Below, piece by piece: positions 8,497-16,660 of a stretch of DNA of 34,220 bases. A program made the translations under genes and the position numbers. Origin of the DNA: a virus (taxonomy: Duplodnaviria; Caudoviricetes); the IMG/VR virus record IMGVR_UViG_3300046779_001348, positions 1 through 34,220 of that record. One strand, given 5' to 3'. Position 1 is the stretch's first letter. Every line of letters begins with the position of its first letter. The notes under the pieces are model-generated. The model saw nothing but the letters and a program-made list of their open reading frames with translations, ran no database searches and had not been told where the DNA came from.

Positions 8497-10758
8497 CTAT
8501 GACGGCCCCATCGGTACGCCAGGAATCATCGGTTGCTGCGGTTGCTCTTGCATCGCCCTCATCGCGGCCAGTTGGTTGGCCTCTTGTCCAATGTTGGGGC
8601 CAGGCTCAAAGCCCGCAGTAGCAATCTGCATCTCTTGCTGGAGGAACGGGTTCGCACTCTGGTTGACCTCTTGCTCAGAGAATTGGAACGTGTCGGCTTG
8701 CTCCATGTCGCGGCGGTCAATCTCGGCCTGTAATTGGCGGATGTCCATGCCTTTGAGCAGCAGTTTGGTGATGGCATCGAGTTCGCCACGGTTCTGGTCG
8801 GCCTCGGTTCGCATGATTTGCTGGTTGACCTTGGCCTCGTTGATGGTGTCGGTGTTGTAAGCCCGTGAGGTGACATCCATCAGTTTGCGGCGGTTCTGGC
8901 CTTCCTCTTTGATCTTTGTGACGTCCAGTTGGTGCTGGAGGTTCATGGTTAGCGCGGCCAGTTGCTCCTGGAGGTCAGCGATTTGTTTCTGGCTAGCCAT
9001 GAGTTGCATCTGAACCTGGGGCGGGATTTCCGACTTCTCATCAATCTGAGCCAGGGGGTTCGATGCAGCCAGGCGGTCGGCAATGATGTCCGCACCTGGG
9101 AAGTCCATGTTGCGGAACACCAAGTCACCCGCAGCCTGGAATAGCGCTGGGTTGGCCTGGAGCAGGGGCACCATAGCCTCCACGGCCTCTTGGCGCTTGG
9201 ACTGATAGCCTGGGCCGGTGTCCATGAACACGTCATATTCACCCACGGTGACGTCATTTAGCACCTTCTCGGCGCCCATCTCATCGACCACGCGCTGGTT
9301 GATGGTGACCATCTCGGGCGTGTTGTCGTAACCGATGATCCGCATGACCCGTTCTTTGTCGTAAATCTTCGGAATCAGGTCGAGAATGATCCGGCCCGTC
9401 TGTTTAAGGGAGCGGGTCAGGTTGTCAAAGTAATGGAAGTTGGTCAGGTCAATCTGCATTTGCTGGCCACGGATGGCCTTACCAGACTGATTACCCTGGG
9501 CAAACATATTGGGATCATAGATGCCGACCACGGTTTGCAAGTCAGAGTTGATGCTCTCAGACGCTGCAATGACGCCAGCCGGTGGGGGTTCAGGTTGCAG
9601 ACGTTGGGGCGCGGGAGCCGGTTGGCCCTCGATGTCTTTCTGTTTGTAGCGCAGAACCGGCGTTGCTTTCACGTTGGCCTGTGCCCACTCGTTCTCATGG
9701 CCCTCGTCCTGACCTTCGGCCAGCAGCCACTTGGCCTTGGGAGCCAGGGCCACCGACTCGGTCAGAGCCGTCCGCCAGTAGTTATACATACGCTGCGGGT
9801 CTTTGGCCTGGCGAACCAGACCGTACTTGGTGCGCTTAGAGTCAACTACCAGTTGTTGACCGTAGACGGGAACGATGGGGATATATTTTCCTGGCCAGAC
9901 GCTTTCTTCCAGCACTTCGAGGCCGGTCAGTTTGCACCACTTGATTTGTTTGCGCATGGTCTCGCGCTCGGCCACCACGGTAATGCCGGCGGCCTCCAGA
10001 ATGTCAGCGCTAGGCGCATCGTCCTGAAACACCTGGGTTCCGTCAGAGAGCAGCAGCAGTTTGGTCTTTTTGCGCTCAACGTAAAAATACTCGGCCACGC
10101 GGATGTCATCTTTCATCACCCAGTCGGAGTCAGAGTCACCGGTGCCGCGCTCGTTGAAGTTAGCGCCATCGTCCGCACCAGGGTAATCGGCACGGAATTT
10201 CTTTTTGCTGATCACCTCAGTGACTAGGCACCGCTCAGCGTCCGAACCATCAGGCAGAACAGAGTTAGGGTCAAAATAAACAGTAAACGGGTTGTCGATG
10301 GGCTTAATGTAAATCTCTTGGTCGAACGAATCCTCACGAATGTAGTCCGTGACCACTCGCCAATAGCCCCAACCCATGCGAACCGCAAACTCAAACGCGG
10401 TGTCATAGGCGGCTTCGGCATCGGAGTTCACCTCAATATGTTTGAAGATGCCCGTGATGATGTCCGCGACCTTTGCATTGGCCGCAGAGTTCATCGAGTG
10501 GGCCTTCATGCGGGGACGCGCCTGGCGTTGCTGGTTGCAGACCTGGCGGATGAATCCCTCAAGTTTGTTGATTGTCAGGCATGGACGGGCTTCGAGGTTG
10601 CGGGAGTTCTGCACCTCGACTGGCCACTGATCACCAGATGAGAATTTAAGGTCTTGAAGCGCCTCTTGGCGGTTCTCAGAATCCGCATCGTTTGCGGCCT
10701 TTAGGAATTCCTGGGCTTTCTGAATCCGCTCGTCCGGCCCCATGTTGGTCTTTGCCAT
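8497..10758 (-). CDS. Portal protein, P22 gp1-like
   Basis: 753 aa. GDQW...RPCLTINKL, KDPQRMYNYW, YDVFMDTGPGYQSKRQEA motifs; long C-terminal coiled coil. Confidence 0.95.
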   Translation of the reverse strand: MAKTNMGPDERIQKAQEFLKAANDADSENRQEALQDLKFSSGDQWPVEVQNSRNLEARPCLTINKLEGFIRQVCNQQRQARPRMKAHSMNSAANAKVADIITGIFKHIEVNSDAEAAYDTAFEFAVRMGWGYWRVVTDYIREDSFDQEIYIKPIDNPFTVYFDPNSVLPDGSDAERCLVTEVISKKKFRADYPGADDGANFNERGTGDSDSDWVMKDDIRVAEYFYVERKKTKLLLLSDGTQVFQDDAPSADILEAAGITVVAERETMRKQIKWCKLTGLEVLEESVWPGKYIPIVPVYGQQLVVDSKRTKYGLVRQAKDPQRMYNYWRTALTESVALAPKAKWLLAEGQDEGHENEWAQANVKATPVLRYKQKDIEGQPAPAPQRLQPEPPPAGVIAASESINSDLQTVVGIYDPNMFAQGNQSGKAIRGQQMQIDLTNFHYFDNLTRSLKQTGRIILDLIPKIYDKERVMRIIGYDNTPEMVTINQRVVDEMGAEKVLNDVTVGEYDVFMDTGPGYQSKRQEAVEAMVPLLQANPALFQAAGDLVFRNMDFPGADIIADRLAASNPLAQIDEKSEIPPQVQMQLMASQKQIADLQEQLAALTMNLQHQLDVTKIKEEGQNRRKLMDVTSRAYNTDTINEAKVNQQIMRTEADQNRGELDAITKLLLKGMDIRQLQAEIDRRDMEQADTFQFSEQEVNQSANPFLQQEMQIATAGFEPGPNIGQEANQLAAMRAMQEQPQQPMIPGVPMGPS

Positions 10759-10761
10759 TTG

Positions 10762-12054
10762 TTACCCCATCCAATTTCCAGGTGTTTGGTAAACGGGCTT
10801 TTTGGGCGCTGGCCTTCTCGGCTCGTTGACCACCAGTCCAATATAACGAAACGCATCCGCACCGTGTGAATAAATGTCGTGCAAGGGCGTCTTGCTAAAT
10901 TGTTTTGTATCTGGGTCAACATCATACCGGTAGTGACGCAAACACTGAAGCCCCTGGTAACAGTTCTCTTGGTCGAAATAACACTTGGAGAAGATAGTCC
11001 GCGCCGCGTTAATCGAGTCGGCCACGGGCACCCTGGGCGTGATTTGAACCTTGTAACCCGCAGCCCTCACGATGTCGGCAATTGACCGTCCCGCAGCAGC
11101 CAGGGTTGTGTTCTCCGCGTCATGGGGCAGCCACATGGTGTCGAACACATAGCCAAACTTCTGCATTTCGGCCAGGTAGTAGGACATGGTCTTTTGGTTG
11201 TCCTCCAAGTAGCGGATCAGCCGAATCTCAAACCCAATAAATTGCACGAACCAGATGGCCGTATTGTCCGCCCAGCCCAGGTCAAACACCGCGTGGACTG
11301 GCTTGCTGGAGTCGTAGGGCACCCGCGTGATTTGGCCGTTGATGTCGGCCATAGTCAGTTCTTTAGCAAACACGGCACCGTCAACAGTCTGGCGGCAGAC
11401 GCCTTCCCAGACCATGTTGTAAGCCTCTGGGTCGCGGGACTGGAGCGCGTCTTTCTCATCTCGCAGGGTCTGCGGGAACCAGGGATTGTCGCGCCAGGTG
11501 ATTTTCTGCACCACGGCATTTGGCGGCGGGCTGACCACGAACCGCTGGTAGGTGTCATCGGTCTCCAGTTCGGGGTTGAACGTGATCCAGATTTCCGAGT
11601 TGTCCTTACGGATGGTTGGGATCAGCACGTTCCACGATGTTTTGGAAACCGTCTGGGCTTCCTCAACCCAGCAAATGTCCACACCCTCGAACGACTTGAC
11701 GTTGGTGATGTTGTTCTTTAGCCCAATAAAGAAGAATTCTGTGCCGTTCTTCCCACGGATGGTGGTCTGGGTTATCTCGTAGAACGAACCCAGGCCCATG
11801 GCGTCAATCTGGTCGCTCAACAGTTTGTGAACCGAGTCCTTGATGGAGACCTGGAATTCACGGGCGCAGAGTATACGGGTTGGGCTTTTGGCTCCCAGGA
11901 TCAGAAGCGCTCTGGCCACGCCCCAGGACTTGGCTCCGCCTCGGCCACCGTAGAGGACCTTGTAGCGCTTGGGATCAAACAGGCAAGCAAGTTTCTGCGG
12001 GAATTCCGCAGTCGGGATGGCTTGTTGGACTTCGGGTTCTAGCAGTTCAGTCAT
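10762..12054 (-). CDS. terL: Terminase large subunit (PBSX-like)
   Basis: Walker A YGGRGGAKS, Walker B ICWVEEAQ, coupling TFNP, nuclease VFDLGWADN and HGADAFRY. Confidence 0.97.
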   Translation of the reverse strand: MTELLEPEVQQAIPTAEFPQKLACLFDPKRYKVLYGGRGGAKSWGVARALLILGAKSPTRILCAREFQVSIKDSVHKLLSDQIDAMGLGSFYEITQTTIRGKNGTEFFFIGLKNNITNVKSFEGVDICWVEEAQTVSKTSWNVLIPTIRKDNSEIWITFNPELETDDTYQRFVVSPPPNAVVQKITWRDNPWFPQTLRDEKDALQSRDPEAYNMVWEGVCRQTVDGAVFAKELTMADINGQITRVPYDSSKPVHAVFDLGWADNTAIWFVQFIGFEIRLIRYLEDNQKTMSYYLAEMQKFGYVFDTMWLPHDAENTTLAAAGRSIADIVRAAGYKVQITPRVPVADSINAARTIFSKCYFDQENCYQGLQCLRHYRYDVDPDTKQFSKTPLHDIYSHGADAFRYIGLVVNEPRRPAPKKPVYQTPGNWMG

Positions 12055-12316
12055 CGGTCGGCTTCACAAACATGACCTGGATGCCAGACAGAAGCGGGGT
12101 TCCATCGGAGTTCTGCATCTCGGTTGTCTGGACGGCCTTTCCATCCAGGCGGTCGATGACTTCTTTGACGGCCCAGGCTTCGCCCAGTTCGGCTTGCGTT
12201 ACCAGTTGATTGACGATTTTCTCAAGTCGGTGAGGCTCTTGTACCAGGCATTTTCTTAGCCTGTCATAGAACATCTTGCCCTTTACGGCATTGCTATTTC
12301 CAATCGGTGCGGCCAT
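12047..12316 (-). CDS. terS: Terminase small subunit (putative)
   Basis: 89 aa beginning MAAPIGNSNA, with EVIDRLDGKAVQ; overlaps the terL start. Confidence 0.75.
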   Translation of the reverse strand: MAAPIGNSNAVKGKMFYDRLRKCLVQEPHRLEKIVNQLVTQAELGEAWAVKEVIDRLDGKAVQTTEMQNSDGTPLLSGIQVMFVKPTDD

Positions 12317-12351
12317 ATAAATTGACTCAATCTATAAGTTCCAGTGGTGGA

Positions 12352-12380
12352 ATGATAATTCGTTTACGGTTCGTTGTGAA
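12352..12380 (-). promoter_or_regulatory. Sigma70-type promoter for terS/terL
   Basis: TTCACA-17 nt (acGAACCGTAAACgaat)-TATCAT. Confidence 0.6.
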
Positions 12381-12391
12381 GATGGTAGACT
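12363..12391 (+). promoter_or_regulatory. Sigma70-type promoter for the lone plus-strand 83-aa gene, overlapping the divergent terS promoter
   Basis: TTTACG-17 nt-TAGACT with extended -10 TG; GTAAACGGT box immediately downstream. Confidence 0.6.
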
Positions 12392-12419
12392 GTAAACGGT
12401 AAATCTAAGGGGAATTAAG

Positions 12420-12671
12420 ATGGCCAAGAAGATTGTTTTCTACTGCGGGTTTAATCCTAAGACTGGGTGCGGATACGTTCGCAATGGCCAGGCTTATCTT
12501 GAGATGGATGACTCGCAACGGGTGCAAGTGGTTCGGGACGTTATCGCAGAGTTATGCGATGAGTTGGACTTTCTTACTGAGCGGGCGCTTGGTTTAAGTA
12601 CGCCATCAGTTTGTCCAGAGCCTCCTGATCAAACACCTCGCCGTGGTGACTCATCTGAAACGACCGCATGA
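12420..12671 (+). CDS. Small hypothetical protein, convergent and overlapping with the 462-aa gene (candidate immunity/antitoxin)
   Basis: 83 aa, AAGGGGAA RBS, own predicted promoter; fills an otherwise empty gap. Confidence 0.7.
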   Translation: MAKKIVFYCGFNPKTGCGYVRNGQAYLEMDDSQRVQVVRDVIAELCDELDFLTERALGLSTPSVCPEPPDQTPRRGDSSETTA

Positions 12672-13962
12672 TTTGAGGGTCTTTTTTGCCCATTTGACGC
12701 ATCCGGCCAATGGTCTTGGGGAACATCAAGTCCACGGGGACGCCAGTGGTGCCACCGGTTCGGCTGGCGATTCCACCCATATATTGGCCAGGGATGCCCG
12801 CAGAGTATGAACGGTGTGCAAAGTCAGGCGTCATGGTTTCTAGGGTTGGTTTAGCAGCAAACATAGTGCGGCCAGCCTCACCCTGAACCAGGCCAGGCTC
12901 TGACATTACCCGTGCCGTATCTTCCCAGCGTGGGAAGCCCATATCCCTAAACTTAGCCTTGCTCATTGACTGCACAATGGCCGTCCGCAGGGCACCAGGC
13001 GCAAACTCTTTGCTGCCAGTGCTAATCAATTCTTCGATGTTGGGCGAGTCCACGCCCGCAAAGTTAGCAAACGGATAACGCTTTTGGCCGGTCTTGGGGT
13101 CTTTAACCCAGGTGTTCCGAATGTCGGCGTTCAGTTGCTTATAGGCGTCTTTGCTGACCCGCAGGGCCGGCAGTTGACGGATCATGCCTTCGGCCATGTG
13201 GTGGCTGAAGTCGATGCCCTGGGGAGACATACCCGTAAACACCCCGACAACGTCCTCACCCTTTTGGGCAAATTTGCCAAGGTTGGCGGTCTTGCTAGAC
13301 GCAGCAGCCGGCTCAGAGGCCCAGGCCACGCCCTGGCGGACGTTTTGCTCAATGGTCGGATACAGGCGCCCTCCCTGCTGAGACACTATGCTCGACAGAG
13401 GAACGCCGGCAATTTGACTGACATCACCGCCGACTGTGGATAAGTCACCCATTACGGGCACCAGGCGCTTACCAACCAGGTTTGATGGATCGATGGGGAT
13501 TTCTCGCACCATCGTCAGCCCAGGTGTTGGCGTGACAATGTCTTGGCCACCAATCCGCATTTCCTCTCGGCGGCGCACCGCGGGGTTTTTGAGAGCCCCC
13601 TCGAATCGGGTGATGGCGGACTTTTCCGCGGAAGTTAGGTTTGATGCTGCGCGGCCAGGGTAGAGCAGTTCATTAAGGGGGATGCCCTTAAACTTGGTCA
13701 TTCCCATCGGGCCGGCATAAGCCTCCGCTAGGGTGTTTTGGATACGCTGGTCGGCTGCGGCCTGTTCCGCAGTTGGTGTTCGGCCCTCCAACCGAGCGGC
13801 ATATGCGTCCGCAGACAGTTGGAGGTCTCGGTTATGTTCGCCAGCCTGGTAGTTCAGTTGGTTTACAAACTGTTCCAACGTGCCACCAGGATCAGCGGCG
13901 AACGCCTTCATCTTCCGCTTGGCGGTGTTGCCCGCGCTGAAGATGTCGGCCAGCAACGGCAT
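12574..13962 (-). CDS. Uncharacterised 462-aa protein (helical N-terminus plus globular, possibly enzymatic C-terminal domain)
   Basis: Long ORF coupled to the upstream small gene. Motifs VMGDLS..QQGG..WAS..IDFSHH..HRSY; no family recognised with confidence. Confidence 0.85.
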   Translation of the reverse strand: MPLLADIFSAGNTAKRKMKAFAADPGGTLEQFVNQLNYQAGEHNRDLQLSADAYAARLEGRTPTAEQAAADQRIQNTLAEAYAGPMGMTKFKGIPLNELLYPGRAASNLTSAEKSAITRFEGALKNPAVRRREEMRIGGQDIVTPTPGLTMVREIPIDPSNLVGKRLVPVMGDLSTVGGDVSQIAGVPLSSIVSQQGGRLYPTIEQNVRQGVAWASEPAAASSKTANLGKFAQKGEDVVGVFTGMSPQGIDFSHHMAEGMIRQLPALRVSKDAYKQLNADIRNTWVKDPKTGQKRYPFANFAGVDSPNIEELISTGSKEFAPGALRTAIVQSMSKAKFRDMGFPRWEDTARVMSEPGLVQGEAGRTMFAAKPTLETMTPDFAHRSYSAGIPGQYMGGIASRTGGTTGVPVDLMFPKTIGRMRQMGKKDPQIMRSFQMSHHGEVFDQEALDKLMAYLNQAPAQ

Positions 13963-13964
13963 GA

Positions 13965-14108
13965 TTACTTCTTAGCCTTCGCCTTTTTTGAAGCCTCACG
14001 TTTAACCGAATACGCAATAGCGACCGCCTGTTTGACAGGCTTCCCTGCGGCGATTTCGGTCTTGACGTTCTTTTCAAACGCCTTTTTGGATGAGGACTTC
14101 TTCAGCAT
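13965..14108 (-). CDS. Small Lys-rich phage protein (47 aa)
   Basis: MLKKSSSKKAFEKNVKTEIAAGKPVKQAVAIAY...; start moved to ATG 14108. Confidence 0.8.
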   Translation of the reverse strand: MLKKSSSKKAFEKNVKTEIAAGKPVKQAVAIAYSVKREASKKAKAKK

Positions 14109-14110
14109 GG

Positions 14111-14266
14111 CTAGAAACAGGTTGTGTTGCAGTTGCGCCCGTACATATCGCAGCAAGTTGTGCAAGTCACAATTTTACCACCGGACATGATGGTGTGAGT
14201 GCTACAAGCGGCATACACGGAGCCAGCAACGGCCATGGTGGCCAAAGCAATGATAAGTTTACGCAT
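14111..14266 (-). CDS. Secreted cysteine-rich peptide (signal peptide plus 32-aa mature peptide with 6 Cys)
   Basis: MRKLIIALATMAVAGSVYA|ACSTHTIMSGGKIVTCTTCCDMYGRNCNTTCF; AGGGGA RBS before ATG 14266. Confidence 0.8.
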   Translation of the reverse strand: MRKLIIALATMAVAGSVYAACSTHTIMSGGKIVTCTTCCDMYGRNCNTTCF

Positions 14267-14276
14267 AGTGAATCCC

Positions 14277-14450
14277 CTATTTTTTCTTTGCGGTTTTGGC
14301 ACTTTGGCGGAAAGCCTCCGCGGTCGGCGCCCCCTTGGTACCTGGTGCCCTCATACGCTCTACCTTTTTGGCTCCAGATTCTTTTTGGCGCTCGATGCGC
14401 TCACGCTTGGCGTGGATGTTCGCATACAGGCCAGGTTTCGATGCTTTCAT
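14277..14450 (-). CDS. Small basic phage protein (57 aa, below the ORF-track cut-off)
   Basis: MKASKPGLYANIHAKRERIERQKESGAKKVERMRAPGTKGAPTAEAFRQSAKTAKKK; TAATG coupling with the upstream gene. Confidence 0.8.
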   Translation of the reverse strand: MKASKPGLYANIHAKRERIERQKESGAKKVERMRAPGTKGAPTAEAFRQSAKTAKKK

Positions 14451-14734
14451 TAGCAGTTCCAGTTCTTAAGTGACGCAGCCTTGCGGGTGGGACGGCCCTT
14501 CTCGTCCTTCATAGGGCCGGGCATCCCGCTCATCCTCGCGCAAAAACTTTTTTTACGAGCAGCGTCAGCCTTAGTTTTAGGGTTTGGAGCCGGAGGCTTA
14601 AGGTTTGAATTATTTTTCGCATTGTAAGCAGCCCTTCCTTTTGCGGTCATACCCGCTCCCTGTTCGGTCGGCTTGTAGTTCTTGCCCTTGCCGACAGTGG
14701 TCTTGGGGATGGGTTTATTGGTGGTCTTGGGCAT
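14450..14734 (-). CDS. Basic phage protein (DUF6321-like, from memory)
   Basis: 94 aa, GMTAKGRAAYN...RKKSFCARM...SLKNWNC; GAGGAAGG RBS before ATG 14734. Confidence 0.8.
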   Translation of the reverse strand: MPKTTNKPIPKTTVGKGKNYKPTEQGAGMTAKGRAAYNAKNNSNLKPPAPNPKTKADAARKKSFCARMSGMPGPMKDEKGRPTRKAASLKNWNC

Positions 14735-15020
14735 GGCCTTCCTCGACAAAAACAACGTCCTTCCACGATAAGACAATCATCTCGGTTCCGTCAACATCTA
14801 CCGTTGGAAACGTCAAATATTCGCCGCTGGTGCCGTAGCGCACAATCTGGCCAATCTCACACGGGTTCGGGTGCAGGCGTCCTTTTCGGTCTACCTCGCC
14901 TGGGCCGACCGCCATCACTTCCCCGATGTTCGGGTGTTCCTGCATCACCACCTCCAGAACGTGGCTCTTTATTCGGTTGATTGGCCGCACTACTATCTTG
15001 TCCCGCAACGGTCTGATCAT
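14715..15020 (-). CDS. groES: Co-chaperonin GroES (Cpn10)-like
   Basis: MIRPLRDKIVVRP...GEVMAVGPG...GQIVRY...VDGTEMIVLSWKDVV; AAGGGG RBS. Confidence 0.9.
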   Translation of the reverse strand: MIRPLRDKIVVRPINRIKSHVLEVVMQEHPNIGEVMAVGPGEVDRKGRLHPNPCEIGQIVRYGTSGEYLTFPTVDVDGTEMIVLSWKDVVFVEEGHAQDHQ

Positions 15021-15186
15021 GCATTTCCCCTTTAGCAATAGAAATCACGGTGGTTATGGCGTCTATTGGAATCGAACGAAACTCCCCGCACCACATTCCA
15101 GCCTGTTTTGTAACGTGTTCGGGGAACCGGCGGCAGTAGCCCATCCGGTTGTCCCCAACGTAAAACTGACACGTTCCGCAAGTCAC
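14857..15186 (-). CDS. Cys-rich (HiPIP/metal-binding-like) protein with C-terminal AT-hook, overlapping groES
   Basis: CGTCQF..CRRFP..WCGE at the N-terminus, RPRRGRPKR at the C-terminus; GTGA coupling to the upstream gene. Confidence 0.7.
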   Translation of the reverse strand: MTCGTCQFYVGDNRMGYCRRFPEHVTKQAGMWCGEFRSIPIDAITTVISIAKGEMHDQTVAGQDSSAANQPNKEPRSGGGDAGTPEHRGSDGGRPRRGRPKRTPAPEPV

Positions 15187-15539
15187 GACAGATTTTCGAG
15201 TTTGTAAACCGTGGTGTTGATCAAGTCCATGATGGCGTCCACGGTGTTCTGAAGTTCGGAGTCTTGGGGCAGATGTTCCCTGGATTCCTCGACAAACTGT
15301 TGGAGCCCTTTGAAATACTTCTTGGGGCTTTTCTCGAATTCGTATTCCTCATCAAACGTGCCGACCTGGCCATACTTGCCCATGTAGGACTCCGCCAGGT
15401 CATCGGTTAACGGGATAATGCCCTCGTAATACTTTTGGAGGGCTTTGTGTTCCGCATAGTTTTTGGTCTGCCAGTGCTGGATGTGGGCGCAAGTGGCCGA
15501 GTGCAGCAAAACTAGCAAAAACGCTTCGCAGTCTTTCAT
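15183..15539 (-). CDS. Ferritin/Dps-like protein
   Basis: HIQHWQT..YAEHKALQKYYE..DDLAE matches the Dps ferroxidase pattern (HW..H...D..AE). Confidence 0.8.
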   Translation of the reverse strand: MKDCEAFLLVLLHSATCAHIQHWQTKNYAEHKALQKYYEGIIPLTDDLAESYMGKYGQVGTFDEEYEFEKSPKKYFKGLQQFVEESREHLPQDSELQNTVDAIMDLINTTVYKLENLS

Positions 15540-15543
15540 GGTG

Positions 15544-15777
15544 TCACTCTGTGGGTTGTGATACTAGGGAATATACATTCACGCGCTTCGGGCCGAAAGT
15601 GCAAACCGCATCGGATGTGCCCGAAATGTGAATTTTGTTTTCCCGCAGCAATTTCCAGAGAACCGACTTGATGGAGTTGCGCTTGGCGCCGATGCGCGGA
15701 ACGATGATGCCCAACGGCTGCGGCCCCTCGGCCAGAACGGTCAGGATGTCTTTTGCTAGGTTGGATCGTCTTTTCAT
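15544..15777 (-). CDS. Winged-helix DNA-binding protein (alternative start at 15846)
   Basis: DILTVLAEGPQPLGIIVPRIGAKRNSIKSVLWKLLRENKI...VNVYSL fits a wHTH pattern. Confidence 0.7.
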   Translation of the reverse strand: MKRRSNLAKDILTVLAEGPQPLGIIVPRIGAKRNSIKSVLWKLLRENKIHISGTSDAVCTFGPKRVNVYSLVSQPTE

Positions 15778-15783
15778 CCCGTT

Positions 15784-15797
15784 ATTATAAACGGTTT
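15784..15797 (-). promoter_or_regulatory. -10 TATAAT with abutting AAACCGTTT box, 6 nt upstream of ATG 15777
   Basis: Minus strand ...acAAACCGTTTATAATaacgggATG; no good -35. Confidence 0.5.
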
Positions 15798-15842
15798 GTC
15801 GGGGAGCGGGTGTGTGTGCTGACCGAATCTTGCTTGCTTGAT

Positions 15843-16214
15843 TCATTTGGCGTCCGCCCCCCAAGTAATTTTAACCATGCCCCCGACTCGATCAGCCTTA
15901 TGGATTGTGAGCCTAAAGCGCTTATCGTTGACCCCCCAGGCTTCCGCAACACCGTCCAGGCCAGACTTGATGGACGCAAGACAGTTATCAAGGTCATGGG
16001 CTCGCTTGTTTGGTGGTACAAACTCAATGTCCAGGCTGATTGGCCCTTCTTCTGGCCATGCCGGTTTGGTCTGTTTGGCCAACATATAGCAGTTGAGCCG
16101 GTATTTCTTTTTGGCGCTGGCCACAACGGCCCAATGCTCACGGGCGTTGGGAGACAGGGGTCTCGGTGGCCAGGGCAGCACCAGTTTATTTTGTGAGTTT
16201 GTCGATTGTGTCAT
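15843..16214 (-). CDS. rusA: RusA-like Holliday junction resolvase
   Basis: LPWPP..SPN...PPNKRAHDLDNCLASIKSGLDGVA..VND catalytic Asp pattern. Confidence 0.8.
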   Translation of the reverse strand: MTQSTNSQNKLVLPWPPRPLSPNAREHWAVVASAKKKYRLNCYMLAKQTKPAWPEEGPISLDIEFVPPNKRAHDLDNCLASIKSGLDGVAEAWGVNDKRFRLTIHKADRVGGMVKITWGADAK

Positions 16215-16443
16215 TCAAAACGCTCAGTTCAGTTTTTTTCATTACGTTCCAGATTCGGCGTTGACCGTGGATGCCGTTATGGGCGCCCTGGTGGCAGTCC
16301 TTACATAGCGGTATACAGAGGAATTGCCTACCTTGCTCGATGTGATGGGCATCGCTTGGGCCGGATGCTCCGCACACTCCGCAGGGCATCTCTTTAACGG
16401 CGGCCAGGTGCCGTCTTTCGCGGGCGGTCAGTTTGTTGTTCAT
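16186..16443 (-). CDS. Ref/DUF968-like HNH Zn-binding nuclease
   Basis: PCGVCG..DAHH..IPLCKDCHQG..GIH; start moved to ATG 16443. Confidence 0.8.
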   Translation of the reverse strand: MNNKLTARERRHLAAVKEMPCGVCGASGPSDAHHIEQGRQFLCIPLCKDCHQGAHNGIHGQRRIWNVMKKTELSVLNDTIDKLTK

Positions 16444-16660
16444 CTTTTGGTTTGATATTAGCCCTACGTTGGCAGCGCCCCACACACCGGCAGTTGGGGT
16501 CGGTTCGTATGTCTGGAGCAGTCCCGTACTTCTTCTCCATATCGTCCGCATAATTTTTGCGGAGAATCTTGCAGGGTTCATGGTCAATTAGCCTCTGTCT
16601 GCACCCTGGGCACCCCAGGTCGAACGTATAACGGTGGGTTAGGCAGTATTCGCAGTTCAT
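16394..16660 (-). CDS. Cys-rich hypothetical protein
   Basis: 88 aa with CEYC, CPGC and CRC..C; ATGA coupling. Confidence 0.65.
   Translation of the reverse strand: MNCEYCLTHRYTFDLGCPGCRQRLIDHEPCKILRKNYADDMEKKYGTAPDIRTDPNCRCVGRCQRRANIKPKDEQQTDRPRKTAPGRR

Noticed and set aside
9433-11721. Long plus-strand ORFs (264 aa, 199 aa) opposite portal and terL
   Set aside because: These are antisense shadows caused by codon bias in GC-rich genes, with no RBS or recognisable motifs.
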